DNA of 64,000 nt from an uncultured Gemmatimonadales bacterium (GCA_963698975.1 CAVOSV010000001.1:738514-802513), one strand, 5' to 3'. Counted from the stretch's first letter, positions 47,195-57,412 are shown. Notes: generated by a model from the sequence alone, not told the origin. Numbers and translations are program-made.

Positions 47195-48339
47195 ACCCGG
47201 CGTGAGGTTCTGCAGATCGAGGAACTTGAGCTCTCCGTCCCGCCGCTCGAGCTGGCCTTCTGCCTCGAGATCGAGCATCCCAGCTACCAGTCCCTCTTTA
47301 GGGTCAAAGATCAGAGCATGCAGGGCACGCTGGGGACGAGACCCGCCGGTGGCAGGGTACTCCGAGAGCGGGAGCTGGAAACAGGTATGCAGCTGGACAC
47401 TTTCGCAGCCGGCCCGGGCGTAGTCGAGGAGAATCCGGCCGCTACACACGTTGCCGCTGCCTACCAGGGGCGGCAACGAGAGGTCGCTCCGGGAAGCCAG
47501 CTCGAGCACCCGGATATTGCGCTCGCTCAGATCGTAGCCGCCATACGCTACGCCTTGCGCCGCGTCCCAGAGCCGGTTGAATACCACCAGCGCGTCGGCC
47601 GAACTGGAGGCGCGCAGCATTTCCAGCTGGAAGCTGTCGTCGAAACGGGCGTTCATCAGCTTCAGCGCGAGGCGGACGGGTCGGCCAGTGCCTCGACGAA
47701 TCTGATCGGGAACCTCTCGTAGCCACCGCAAGTATCTGGTTGCGCTCATCGGCCAGGGCATCTCCCGCCAGCGTGGGAGAGAAATCCTTCTCCAGCGACA
47801 GAGTCTCGTTGCCCCACGCTGCCGCTATGCGCTCGGTGGTATGGCGGTACTCGGCGGACCGAAACGGCTCGTTCAGCCGGGGCAGGTGATACTTGACTGA
47901 GGGCACCGCGACGATCTCTCCCGAGCGGGTGAGATCGCCGGCCGAGCGAACCAGGGAGAGATAGTCTTCGAAGGAGCGGTCCCAGCCTCGGCCCTTTCCA
48001 GGTGACTGTCCACCCCTCTCGTCCGGTTTGAGACTGGCGCCGCTCCACTTTCATCCGCGTTTCGTGGATCGCCCACGCTGCCATGGCGCGCTCCCCAGCC
48101 GGATCCTCCGCGATCACCGTCTTCAGAACGACGAAGGCGAGGCCCGCTGTCCGATCGGTCTCCAGCTGCTCGAGATTGAGCGAGAGTTGACCTGAACCCT
48201 TGCCGATCGGGTGCGGAAGCGGGTGACCCAGGTACCGGGCGCTGAGATCTATCCGGTAGGTATCCCGGACGTAGTTCGGGAAGTCGCGCGGTAGCTCGCG
48301 CTTGAACCGCTCGAAATCACGCTCGAGTCGCTCGCGCAT
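47195..48339 (-). pseudogene. Dihydroorotate-dehydrogenase-like TIM-barrel protein; two +1 frame changes and no in-frame stop
   Basis: IDLSARYLGHPLPHPIGKGSGQLSLNLEQL...FVVLKTVIAEDP. Breaks near 47992 and 47735. VPSVKYHLPRLNEPF...VRLALKLMNARFDD...PPLVGSGNVCSGRILLDYARAGCESVQLHT. It runs in frame into the next gene. An ATGA at 47191-47194 would give a stop in the +1 frame. Confidence 0.65.
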
Positions 48340-49212
48340 CGCGGACTATGCGCTCGACTGCCGCGCGTTCACCGGCTGGAAGTGGAGGTCCCCACGGATC
48401 GTCGCAGGCCTCTGGAGGGAGAGCACCCTCGGCTGCGGCCGCCCAGAGCATACGGCGGATGTAACCCTCCATGGGATCGATGAAGGTAGTCTGGCTGAAT
48501 CGGTCGCACTGCTCGGATAAGGCGACAAAGCGAGGCCAATCTTCGGCCATCCGAGCGCGAAGCAGATCGGCCTGGAGGTCCGGCAGAGCAGAACCCATTC
48601 CGATCAATGCTGCGCGGGCGCCCAGCAGAAGCGAATAGCCCAGAAAACGATCTTCGCCGGTGATGAGCAGCTTGTCGGGATGCTCCCGCAGAGCCGACCG
48701 CGATTCGCTGGAAGGTGATCACAGAATCGAGCGTAGCCACCTTGATCCCAACCACGTTGGGCAGGTCGAGAATCGCGTGCAAGGTGCGGTCGTCGTAGTC
48801 CACCCCGCCGGCAGCCTGATACAAATAGAACGCGATGACCGGCAGCTCCCGGCCGAGCCGCTGGTGATGTCCAACGGGATCATTGGACTGGGGGAAGGCC
48901 AGCAGAGCGTCGGCCTTTCCCCGGCGAGCTTCGATGGCCATGGTAATGTCGCGGGCACCGGCAACCAGCACGCGATCCGGCAGCGCCTCGCGCCAGGTAT
49001 CGAGCACCAGCCTGCGCTGCTCCGAGCTGAGGTGAGGGCCTCGTCCGGTGTGAGCCCAGACCGCCACCCCGCCCACCGGCTGCCCTGCCATCCAGCCGGC
49101 ATACGAGCGCTGCGCAGCCGAATCGAGATCTCCGCCGCGAAACGGGAACCGGTACCGCCGGGATCAGTGCGCCATCGAGACGCTGGATCAATGAGCTGAT
49201 GTCTGCGGTCAC
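48317..49212 (-). pseudogene. DapA/N-acetylneuraminate-lyase-family (class I aldolase-like) protein; two +1 frame changes
   Basis: GTG 49212 overlaps the upstream TGA. IPAVPVPF|RGGDLDSAAQRSYAGWMAGQPVGGVAVWAHTGRG...VVGIKVATLD...|LREHPDKLLITGEDRFLGYSLLLGARAALIGMGSALP. Breaks near 49133 and 48696. Confidence 0.65.
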
Positions 49213-50017
49213 GCCTTCACCCGGCGAGTCTTGCTCTTGAGCGAGCTCCGGCAAAGCGCCAACGCGTTCTCCGCCTCTATGGCCGAGCGGTGCTCGGAAC
49301 TGAGGTTAAGAAGGTCCAGCTTGGCGACGCTGTTCTCCGGCAGCCGAAGCGGCTGACCGGTCCCAAAGACAAAGCGGTCCACTCCAACCGTGCCCAGCAG
49401 GGTCTCCAGGTGATCCTCCGGCGGACCCCATATCCAGCAGATGTCCCACCAGATTCGGGCGGACTCCTCAGGGGTGGACCCGAAGTGCACCTCCTCCACG
49501 AAGCTCCGGTCAGCGTGGGTGATGAGCAGACCGCAGGGCGGGATCGGCGCGCAGCAGTGTTCTGACTGCCGCTGCCGTCAGCTCCGGGAGCGCGGTCGTT
49601 AGGGTGGCGCTGCCGAGCGTCTTCGAGACGCACTGCCATGATCAGCGCCATGTTCTCACCGGCACAGGCCTGCACCAGTGATCGCATGTCGGGTCCGGTC
49701 GGTTCGAGCCCGTAGTAGTTCGGATCACATCTCACCGCCGGCGCGCCGCGAGATCGAGCCTCCCGGATGCCTTGCTCCCAACCCTTGAGCCCGGGATGAA
49801 TCGCGGGAACCGGACGCAGTTGCTCGCTGCTGTCAGTGATCTGGTATAGCCACGGGTTTCCCTCTGCCGGGTCTCGCCAGAACACACTGGGCAGGTGGCT
49901 GATCCACGCCTGATCCACGCCAATCCGGTCCATGGATTGGAGCACCGCCTCTACCGAGGTCCCGGGCACTCGCCGGAAGGGATAGGCCCCCACGAAGCTA
50001 TTGACGTCGAGGCGCAT
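49209..50017 (-). pseudogene. Amidohydrolase-2-type TIM-barrel metal hydrolase; two +1 frame changes
   Basis: MRLDVNSFVGAYPFRR...WISHLPSVFWRDP...MAVRLEDARQRHPNDRAP|ELTAAAVRTLLRADPALR|LLITHADRSFVEEVHFG...DRFVFGTGQPL. Breaks near 49587 and 49530. Confidence 0.7.
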
Positions 50018-50817
50018 CAATCGGTGGGGAACGCGTTAGGTGGAAAGATCCGGGCAGCATTGCGCCACCGAATCAGCTCGAGCTGGGCAGGGGAAAGCAG
50101 ATGTTCCAGGTAGCGCAGCTTGGCCCAGCCGGTATCGATAGTGAGATCACAGCCCCAGACCAGCCGCTCCACACCCACGGCCTGGATACAAGCCTCCAGC
50201 ATTCCACCGTCCACGCCGCTGCCGGACAGGTCAACGTACACGTTGGCAAGCGACCGAATGGCCGCCAGCGAGTGGATCCAGTCACCCCCGCCGCCGATGT
50301 GGGCCAGCAGGAAGTTGACGCGGGGATGACGGGCGGCCAGCGCTCCCAGCTCGATCGCGTCGCTCGCCTCTTGTCCCGGGTAATCCCGCCGCCGGTGTTG
50401 CCAGATGTGGTGGAGTACGGGGACACCGCGCTCATCCGCTACCCGACAGATCGGGTCCAGCAGAGGATCGTCCGCCCTGCGGCTCGCCGCCAACTTGATT
50501 CCAACCATGCCGGCGTCCAGGCAGCGAGCCAGCTCCCTTAGCGCGTGCCCCTGAAAGTTCGGATTGACGACGGCGTAGCCGCGGATTCCCGCGGCATGCT
50601 GCCGCTGGAGGGCCAGGAGGAAGTTGTTGCCGTACTCGATGTCAGTGGGAGAGGGGAAGTAGATGGGAGAGGTGGCGCCCCAGCTGCCGAGAATCGAGGC
50701 GACGTGGACCGTAATACCGACGCGCTCCCCGGCTCGCAACCGGCTGGCATTGCGTTCTCGCCAGTCGGAGCGGGGGGAGCGATCGTGCAGGAAATGGGCG
50801 TGAACGTCGATGAGCAC
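50017..50817 (-). CDS. Amidohydrolase-family TIM-barrel metal hydrolase (intact)
   Basis: GTG start with GAGGAAG upstream. LIDVHAHFLHD (HxH), GIKLAA, PVLHHIW, FLLAHIGGGGDW, RLVWGCDL (terminal Asp). Confidence 0.8.
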   Translation of the reverse strand: MLIDVHAHFLHDRSPRSDWRERNASRLRAGERVGITVHVASILGSWGATSPIYFPSPTDIEYGNNFLLALQRQHAAGIRGYAVVNPNFQGHALRELARCLDAGMVGIKLAASRRADDPLLDPICRVADERGVPVLHHIWQHRRRDYPGQEASDAIELGALAARHPRVNFLLAHIGGGGDWIHSLAAIRSLANVYVDLSGSGVDGGMLEACIQAVGVERLVWGCDLTIDTGWAKLRYLEHLLSPAQLELIRWRNAARIFPPNAFPTD

Positions 50818-50829
50818 CCGTTGCTTCCT

Positions 50830-50997
50830 CTATTCCTCCTCTTCGGGCAGATTCTGAGGCAGCCCTCCCAGACCCGCCTCACTCTCATCGGTCACTGTCA
50901 ACTTCAGATCAGCGTTGCTTGCGACCTCTTCTTCCAGCGTGCCGTCTTCATCGTCCACATCGTCGAGATCATCGACGGTAGGTTTGCGCGGTGACAT
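50830..50997 (-). CDS. 55-aa highly acidic small protein inside the operon
   Basis: AGGAGGA 4-5 nt upstream of ATG 50997. MSPRKPTVDDLDDVDDEDGTLEEEVASNADLKLTVTDESEAGLGGLPQNLPEEEE. Its stop lies within the SD of the next gene. Below the ORF-track cutoff. Confidence 0.55.
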   Translation of the reverse strand: MSPRKPTVDDLDDVDDEDGTLEEEVASNADLKLTVTDESEAGLGGLPQNLPEEEE

Positions 50998-51036
50998 GTC
51001 TCCTCCTGTGCGGTAAAAAACAGACTACCCCACAAT

Positions 51037-52296
51037 TTAGGCAGGTTTGGCCACGGTCGAGAGGGCCTCGGCCAGTACGGCGAGCGAGCGATCGACCGTG
51101 GCTCGATCGTGAGCCAGGGAGACGAAGTTGTAGGCCGAACGCTTGAACAGCAGGCCCGCGTGGGCGCAGGCTGCCGTTACCGAACGGGATACGGTGTCGT
51201 CCGCGTAATGGAGAAAGCACATCTCCGGAATACCGCCGATGCCAGTCACAAGGTCGGGATGGTCGCGCTGCAACCGATGCAAGCCCTCCAGCAGCCCGCC
51301 GCCGACTTGCTGAAGATGAGCCGGTACCCGCCTGGACACCATGACCTGGAGAGTGGCAAGGGCAGCTGCCAGGGAGACGAACTCGGTGGCCAAGGTGGAG
51401 GAGATCCAGGTGCGCATGGCACCCGCCATTACCTCCCGGCGGCCGCCCACTGCCGCCAACGGAAAGCCGTTGGCCAGAGCCTTGCCCATAACAGTGAGAT
51501 CGGCCCGGATACCATAGCGTTCGCCGGCGCCTCCAACTGCGAGCCGGCAGATGGTCTTGATCTCATCCACGATGAGAACGGCCCCTGACCGAGTGGTCTC
51601 TTCCCGCAGTACCTCGAGCCAGGCGGCTTCGGGCTCGGCGACAATCACCGGCTCGAACACCACGGCGGCGAGCCGGTCTCCCGCTGAACGGATCAGCTCC
51701 CTCGCGCGATCGGCATCGTTGAAGGGGAGCTCAGAGTACAAGGCGCGGGTGGCTGAAGGAACGCCGGCAGCACCCTGAGACCAGTCGAGCCAGCCGTGAT
51801 AGCCGCAGCCCAGCACGTGGTCCCGGCCGGTGAACACTCGAGCCAGGCGAACCGCCGCAGCCATGGCCTCTGCACCGGTTTTCAGAAACCGAACCTGCTC
51901 GATCCAGGGGATCAGGCGGCAGATTTCGCCGGCAACCTCCTCTTCCAGCACGGGAGCAAGCGGACCGACCACACCGTTGCTCGCCGCGAGAGTGACCGCC
52001 CGCGTCACCTCGGGGTGGGCATAGCCCAGGGCCACCGACCCCAGGCCCATGATGTAGTCGATGTATTCGCGGCCCTGCTCGTCCCACACACGATAGCCGG
52101 ACGAGCGAGTCATCCGGCTGGGCAGATCGGGTTCAGGGGAACCGAAGAACGTGTCGGGACGCTTGCTGCCGGTAGAGGTAAATCCCGGGATGTGTTCCGT
52201 CACGGTACCTCGCGCGCTGAAGTCAGCCGAGCTCGAGCGTTCCAAGCCGCGCAGGATCTTGCCGGTCGCCTCGGAGCCAAACCCATCCTCCCCCAC
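51037..52296 (-). CDS. Class III (PLP) aminotransferase, glutamate-1-semialdehyde aminomutase-like
   Basis: GYRVWDEQGREYIDYIMGLGSVALGYAHPEV, FLKTGAEAMAAAVRLAR, LIVDEIKTICRLAVGGAGERYGIRADLTVMGKALANGFPLAA (PLP Lys). Confidence 0.85.
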   Translation of the reverse strand: MGEDGFGSEATGKILRGLERSSSADFSARGTVTEHIPGFTSTGSKRPDTFFGSPEPDLPSRMTRSSGYRVWDEQGREYIDYIMGLGSVALGYAHPEVTRAVTLAASNGVVGPLAPVLEEEVAGEICRLIPWIEQVRFLKTGAEAMAAAVRLARVFTGRDHVLGCGYHGWLDWSQGAAGVPSATRALYSELPFNDADRARELIRSAGDRLAAVVFEPVIVAEPEAAWLEVLREETTRSGAVLIVDEIKTICRLAVGGAGERYGIRADLTVMGKALANGFPLAAVGGRREVMAGAMRTWISSTLATEFVSLAAALATLQVMVSRRVPAHLQQVGGGLLEGLHRLQRDHPDLVTGIGGIPEMCFLHYADDTVSRSVTAACAHAGLLFKRSAYNFVSLAHDRATVDRSLAVLAEALSTVAKPA

Positions 52297-54957
52297 CGCT
52301 CCAGACCAGCTGGCCGGCTCGGCGAAGCCGATCGGGGAGCATCTGATTGATCAGGAGGTCGAAACCGATCTCCTCCCCCGGCCGGAATTCACCCCAACCC
52401 GGCGGAGCCATGGTGACAGTGAGAAGGTACCCCGCTTCTGTGGCAGACCAGCCCCCGGTGACCTGATCGGGCGCGCCCGCAGTTCCTTCCACTCCCCGAA
52501 CGATAAGCTCTCCGGTTTTGGAGGGAACGATCAGGACCCCGGAGCCAACCTCCTCCTCGGGAAGCCTGACGTACAGCTGAATTCCGTCGGCGTGAATCTC
52601 GTCCGGCTCGTTGTCCAGCCGGAGCGGCGCCGCCGCGGGATCGCGGAGGACGAGCTCCGGTTTGGTCACTTCTACCGCCACATGCAAACCGGCATCCCTC
52701 CAGTTCACGTACGCGCGGGCAGAAAATTCGTCGGGGCCTCCATATGGCTCTTCACTGCGACGGTACTGGTCTTCGTGATCGAGCTCGAGCGGCTCGCTGG
52801 TGTCGAACCCATCCAGGCTCCCGTCCAGTGCAGGTGCTTCGGCGACTTGAGGCGCGACTCCACGGGCGACCAGAGGACGATTCTGCATCAGCGGCTGGAA
52901 GGGAGCCGCCGCCTTCCGGCTCCCTCGAAGCCGGATCGTCTCCCGTTCGGACCGAACCTCCCAGCCTTCGACCGTCGAGACATGCCGTTCGACGCCCGAT
53001 CCGGATTGCACCTCGACTCCGCTCTCGGTAACCCGCAGCTCCGTTACCGCCGGGGTGGTCCCCGGCTCGAGCAGTGTCGCGATGCGAAGTTTTCGGCCGG
53101 TGGAGCGCAGCAGATAAAACGGCATTGTTTCACCCGTGCCCGGTATGCCCGGTCCTGTGGCCCGAATCAGATCACCCGGAAGGTCGATCACTGCGCTGAT
53201 TCTGGCGCCCGCTTTGCCGGAGGAGCTGAGACGGAACGGCCCCGGCGAATCGGGGACGAAACGTTGTGCGTCGGCGACGAATTCGTCGCTCAGCTCGGCT
53301 GGGCATCCAGTGGCCCGGTACGGTCACCTCGCTATGTCCGCTCAGGTGCAGAGGAAGCTCGAGCAGCTGATCGGAGGCCGAGGAGAGATCGAGGATGTCC
53401 AGCAGGTAATTGGGTCCGGAGACCAGAGTCCGGGTGAGATCACCGAACCTGCCCCGGGCCCAGCCCCACTCTCCCTGCTGGTCGAAGTTGTCGCACAGCG
53501 CATCACCCGGCCGCTGCGACACGCCGTCCAGACGGGGAGCGTTGTGGGCCAGCGTCGAACGGTACCAGAAGAGGTCCCGTGCGACGTACGAGCCGGTGCC
53601 AAGGTCCGGTAGCCAGTACTCCCCATCGGCGTGGAGCACGAGATTCAGGCGGTCGGGGTGTCCGTGTCCTCCACCATGGGCCCCGCATTCCAGACTGGCG
53701 TAGCGGTTGCCGTGGCGCAGAATGGCGAGCCCCTGTCCCTCGAAAAACACGCTTCCCGGGGACCAGGCCCCAGTGCCCTCAGGAAGACTGGGCAGCATCT
53801 CCAGCAGAGACCACCAGGAGAGATCGGCACGAGTCCGGGGCGCGGTAGGCGGAGCTTCGCCGGCCTCGTGCAGATAGGAGTCGAAAGTCTGAGCCGGGGG
53901 CGCGGGTGTCTCGGTACAGAAGACGGAGCCAGTCCCATAATTCCGGTTGCGGAATGCCGGCTCGCTCCAGGCGCGCCAAACCAACTTCCCAAAGCTCGAG
54001 GTACATCGGCTGCGCCAGAGACACTCCGAACCGCGAGTCCTTGCGCGCGGGGAAGGTACCATCGGGCAGGGCGGTCAGAGCCGGTGCCCGCAGTGCGGCA
54101 CTCATTCGTTCGGCGAGCTGTGAGTCAGCCAGCAGGTCGACGCCGGCCTGGCGAGCCCAACCCATGGCTACCAACTGGCCCCGCAGGGCAAACAGGTGGT
54201 AGTTATCGCCCTCGAACCACATCCCGTCGGGCCCAAATCCCTGGAGCAGATGGGTCAGGATGCCGCTAGGTCCCTCGAGCATCCGGGTGGCCAGTTCCTC
54301 GTCCTCGAACCACACAGCAACCGCGGCAAGCGCGGCGTTGTGCCAGGTTTGCCGGTTCGACAGACCCTCATCGAACTCGCCAATCAGATTGGCGGCCTCA
54401 TCCGCAACGGCGGCCACGACCTCCGCCGTTTCCGCCTGCAGCAGCCCTCCATCGCGAAGCAGCGTGGCGGCCGCCAGGTAGTTCGTCAGCCAGATAGACT
54501 CGAGATAGGTGGAGAAGAAGAGTCTGCTGGGCCCCAGCACGTTGTCGCGGTTGGGATACGCAGGGTAGTTCTGATATGCTTGGAGGACGCTATTGGCCCG
54601 GGTAGCGGCGTCTTCACGACCGCCCAGAGACGCCAGCGTGGCCAGATGAGCGGCTCGCTCCGCCACCCACAGATGTTGATAATGGGCCCAGGCCCTGTCG
54701 TGCCGCTCGCCAGTGAAACGGCGCCCACATCGGGGACAACGGTGCTCGGTGGGACTCCAGGGATCGAACTCGAGCCGGCCACCGTGTTCGGGACAGACTC
54801 CGCCATCCGCGGTCAACAAGGCCTTTGCATGATGAACCAGCGGCGTGCGCTGTAACACTGGTGCCGCTCGCTGTGCCAGCCGCTCCAGCAGTGCAGCCAA
54901 TTCTGGAGACCCAACGATCTCCTGCTGCCGCGTTTCCAGCTCCTCTGCCGTTAACAC
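52223..54957 (-). pseudogene. Heparinase II/III-like protein with a CBM9-like C-terminal module; two +1 frame changes
   Basis: N-terminal alpha/alpha region with CPEHGGRLEFDPWSPTEHRCPRCGRRF. Break near 53913-53916. HGGGHGHPDRLNLVLHADGEYWLPDLGTGSY...WYRSTLAHNAP. Break near 53299-53303. C-terminal DNEPDEIHADGIQLYV...GFDLLINQM. Confidence 0.75.
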
Positions 54958-55964
54958 AGGTAGACCCCTCTCATCGCCCAGGATACTGGGAGGACGCGGG
55001 CACCCAGATTTTGAGCGGCCGCCATCATCGCTGACGGGTCATCGGGACCCAGAAAGAACATGCACCCCCCCGCGCCCGAACCCGCCGCCTTTCCGCCGAG
55101 TGAGCCCGCGCTCGCCATAGCCCGCTCGAGGTCGACCATTTCTGAAGTCGACATTCGGGCGTCCAACGCGAGCTGGTGGCGCCAGTTCTGGCTGAGCAGC
55201 TGTCCAACACGGGAGAAGTCCGCGGCGACGAGCGCGCCGGCCATGGCATCCGCAACATCCCGAAGTCCATGGAGTGCGTCATGTACGCTGGGATCGCCGT
55301 GCTCGTACGCGCGCATCACCCGCTCGATGGTGGTGCCGGAGAAGCGGGAGGCCCCGGTGTAGCACAGTACGAGGCGCCGAGCCAGCTGCGCCATGAATTC
55401 CGGATCCAGCTTGAGCCGCTCAACCTCAGCCTGAGGATCACGAAAGGACAACCGAAGAAAGCCACCATACGAGGAGGCGAACTGGTCCTGTCGTCCGCCC
55501 CGCACTGCCGCCTCCACCGCTTCCAAATGACAGGCGGTCTCGGCGATTTCGAATGGATCGCGGGTCTCGCCTCGAGCGGAGCTCAAGGCGGCGACCAGGG
55601 CCACATCGAGGGCTCCGGAGCTGCCCAGTCCGGAGCCGGGCGGCGCATCGGTGCGGGTCAGCAGCGTGCATCCACCGACCGGCAGCATTCGAAGCCCGGC
55701 CTTCTGCAGGTCCAGTCTTCCGTTGCGAACCAGACCGGAGGAATCGCTGACCTCCAGCTGGTCGTGGAGATCTTCGGCAATGAGACGGAAGCCGGTGCCT
55801 CCCACCCGCACCTCGGCGCGGGCGAAGAGCCGGATGGCGGCGGTTACCACGACGCCTCCTTCTCGAGCGGAGAAGGGCGGAACGTCGGTCCAGCCTCCAG
55901 CGAGATCCAGACGCACCGGTGCCGTGGCCGCGAAGGCGGGCTCGCTCACCGGCTCACCCACCAC
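54951..55964 (-). CDS. GHMP-family sugar kinase (HddA/fucokinase-like)
   Basis: APVRLDLAGGWTDVPPF, TDAPPGSGLGSSGALDVALV (GHMP motif II), GGKAAGSGAGGCMFF (motif III). An alternative GTG at 55949 forms a GTGA overlap with the upstream stop. Confidence 0.8.
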   Translation of the reverse strand: MVGEPVSEPAFAATAPVRLDLAGGWTDVPPFSAREGGVVVTAAIRLFARAEVRVGGTGFRLIAEDLHDQLEVSDSSGLVRNGRLDLQKAGLRMLPVGGCTLLTRTDAPPGSGLGSSGALDVALVAALSSARGETRDPFEIAETACHLEAVEAAVRGGRQDQFASSYGGFLRLSFRDPQAEVERLKLDPEFMAQLARRLVLCYTGASRFSGTTIERVMRAYEHGDPSVHDALHGLRDVADAMAGALVAADFSRVGQLLSQNWRHQLALDARMSTSEMVDLERAMASAGSLGGKAAGSGAGGCMFFLGPDDPSAMMAAAQNLGARVLPVSWAMRGVYLC

Positions 55965-57397
55965 CGCTGCACCGTAGGTAGCTCTCCACGCAGGTCCATC
56001 GTCACCCCGTGGACCCGGCGGTTCATACCCTGTAGACCTCGGGGATGATAGAGAAAAGCCGCAGGCACGGAATCAGCAATCAGCTGTTGGGCCAGCCCGG
56101 GATCGGACGGAACCCGGATGCCGGCGAGAGAAGCGAGCGGACCGAGGTATCCCAGCGCAAGGTCGCCCGGGATGCCCAGTACGGCAGCCTGAAAATCGTG
56201 CGACCGGCCATAGACCCGGGCCAGAAAGGCTGAGAGCTCGAGCTGGCGCAGCGTGACGTCAAAGCCGGCGCTCTTCAGCCGAGCCTGGAGCATCTGCTCC
56301 AGGGCGGCCTCTCCACTCCCTACCGTCAGTAGCTCGAACGCCGTGCGGGAGCCGTTCGACGCCGGAACCGGGCCTACTGCGGACACACGCACAGGAACAT
56401 AGCCTGGAGCCGTCGGGGGAACCGGGCCCTCGGCGGGTGTCCCAAATCCGTAGATGTAACCGTCCACCAGCTCCTTACGATCGATTGCGGAGCTGACCGC
56501 CCGACGCAAGCTCAGCTGGTCGAACGGTGGGCGGCGAGTGTTGAACAGCACTGCGTCGGTCCACAGAAGCGGATAGGTGAGAACCGCAAGCTCGGGGTTA
56601 TGGCGGACAAACTCAGCGTGTGCCGGCTGGATGCCGGCGAAGTCGAGCTCGCCCGAGGTAAGCGCCGCCAGCTTGGTAGTGGGTTCATTCACCACTACCA
56701 CGATGAAGCGGTCCAGCCGGGGTGGTCCACCCAGGGCGGCCGGAAATGAGCGGTTGGCGCTGAAGACCCATCGCCGGTTCGCCTCATGGGAAACGAACCT
56801 GAACGGTCCGTTGCCAACCGGCGAGCTGTTCCAACCCGCCTGCCGCAGATCAGCCGGTTTCACTCCCAGAAAGAGATGGGCCGGGAGAATGGCGAGGTCT
56901 GTCAGCAGATCGGGGAAAGTGCGCTGGGCCTCTCGAAAACGCACGACCACGCTCGAATCGTCCGGAGCCGAAACGGTGTCGAACGCGATCATCTCGTTCT
57001 GCCGGGGATAGCCTGTGGCGGGATCGCGCGCGGTGTTGAGGGTCCAGACCACGTCCCGCGCCGTGGTGGGAAGACCATCATGCCAGTACACGCCGGTCTG
57101 AAGGTCGAGAGTGAGTGTTCGATGATCCTGCGACCAGCGCCAGGATCGCGCCAGATAGGGCTGCGCCGTCATGCTACTGTCGTAGCGCGCTAGTGTGGTG
57201 AGCAGCACGTAGCGCTGGACCTGCCGGGCCAGCGGGTGGACCGTGAGCAGTGGATTGATGCTTTGCAGGTCGGCGCCCGAGGCAAACAGCACGGTAGCGC
57301 CGCGGCGCTCCGCGCTCGAGCCGCAGGCGACGACACCAATAGCCAGGAGAGGAATCGAGAGGTGGCGCCCGAGCACGGCGTATTTTAGCGGCAACAC
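55946..57397 (-). CDS. ABC transporter substrate-binding lipoprotein, family 5 (peptide/opine/nickel type)
   Basis: Lipobox LLAIGVVACGSS. GATVLFASGADLQSINPL, YWHDGLPTTARDVVWTL, typical family-5 length (483 aa). Confidence 0.8.
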   Translation of the reverse strand: MLPLKYAVLGRHLSIPLLAIGVVACGSSAERRGATVLFASGADLQSINPLLTVHPLARQVQRYVLLTTLARYDSSMTAQPYLARSWRWSQDHRTLTLDLQTGVYWHDGLPTTARDVVWTLNTARDPATGYPRQNEMIAFDTVSAPDDSSVVVRFREAQRTFPDLLTDLAILPAHLFLGVKPADLRQAGWNSSPVGNGPFRFVSHEANRRWVFSANRSFPAALGGPPRLDRFIVVVVNEPTTKLAALTSGELDFAGIQPAHAEFVRHNPELAVLTYPLLWTDAVLFNTRRPPFDQLSLRRAVSSAIDRKELVDGYIYGFGTPAEGPVPPTAPGYVPVRVSAVGPVPASNGSRTAFELLTVGSGEAALEQMLQARLKSAGFDVTLRQLELSAFLARVYGRSHDFQAAVLGIPGDLALGYLGPLASLAGIRVPSDPGLAQQLIADSVPAAFLYHPRGLQGMNRRVHGVTMDLRGELPTVQRWWVSR

Positions 57398-57412
57398 TGT
57401 CTACATTGAACC

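Noticed and set aside
40298-49600. Programmed ribosomal frameshifting or transcriptional slippage as the explanation for the frame breaks.
   Set aside because: The sites are too numerous, lie in unrelated genes, and show no shared slippery heptamer or downstream structure. Many are not in homopolymers.
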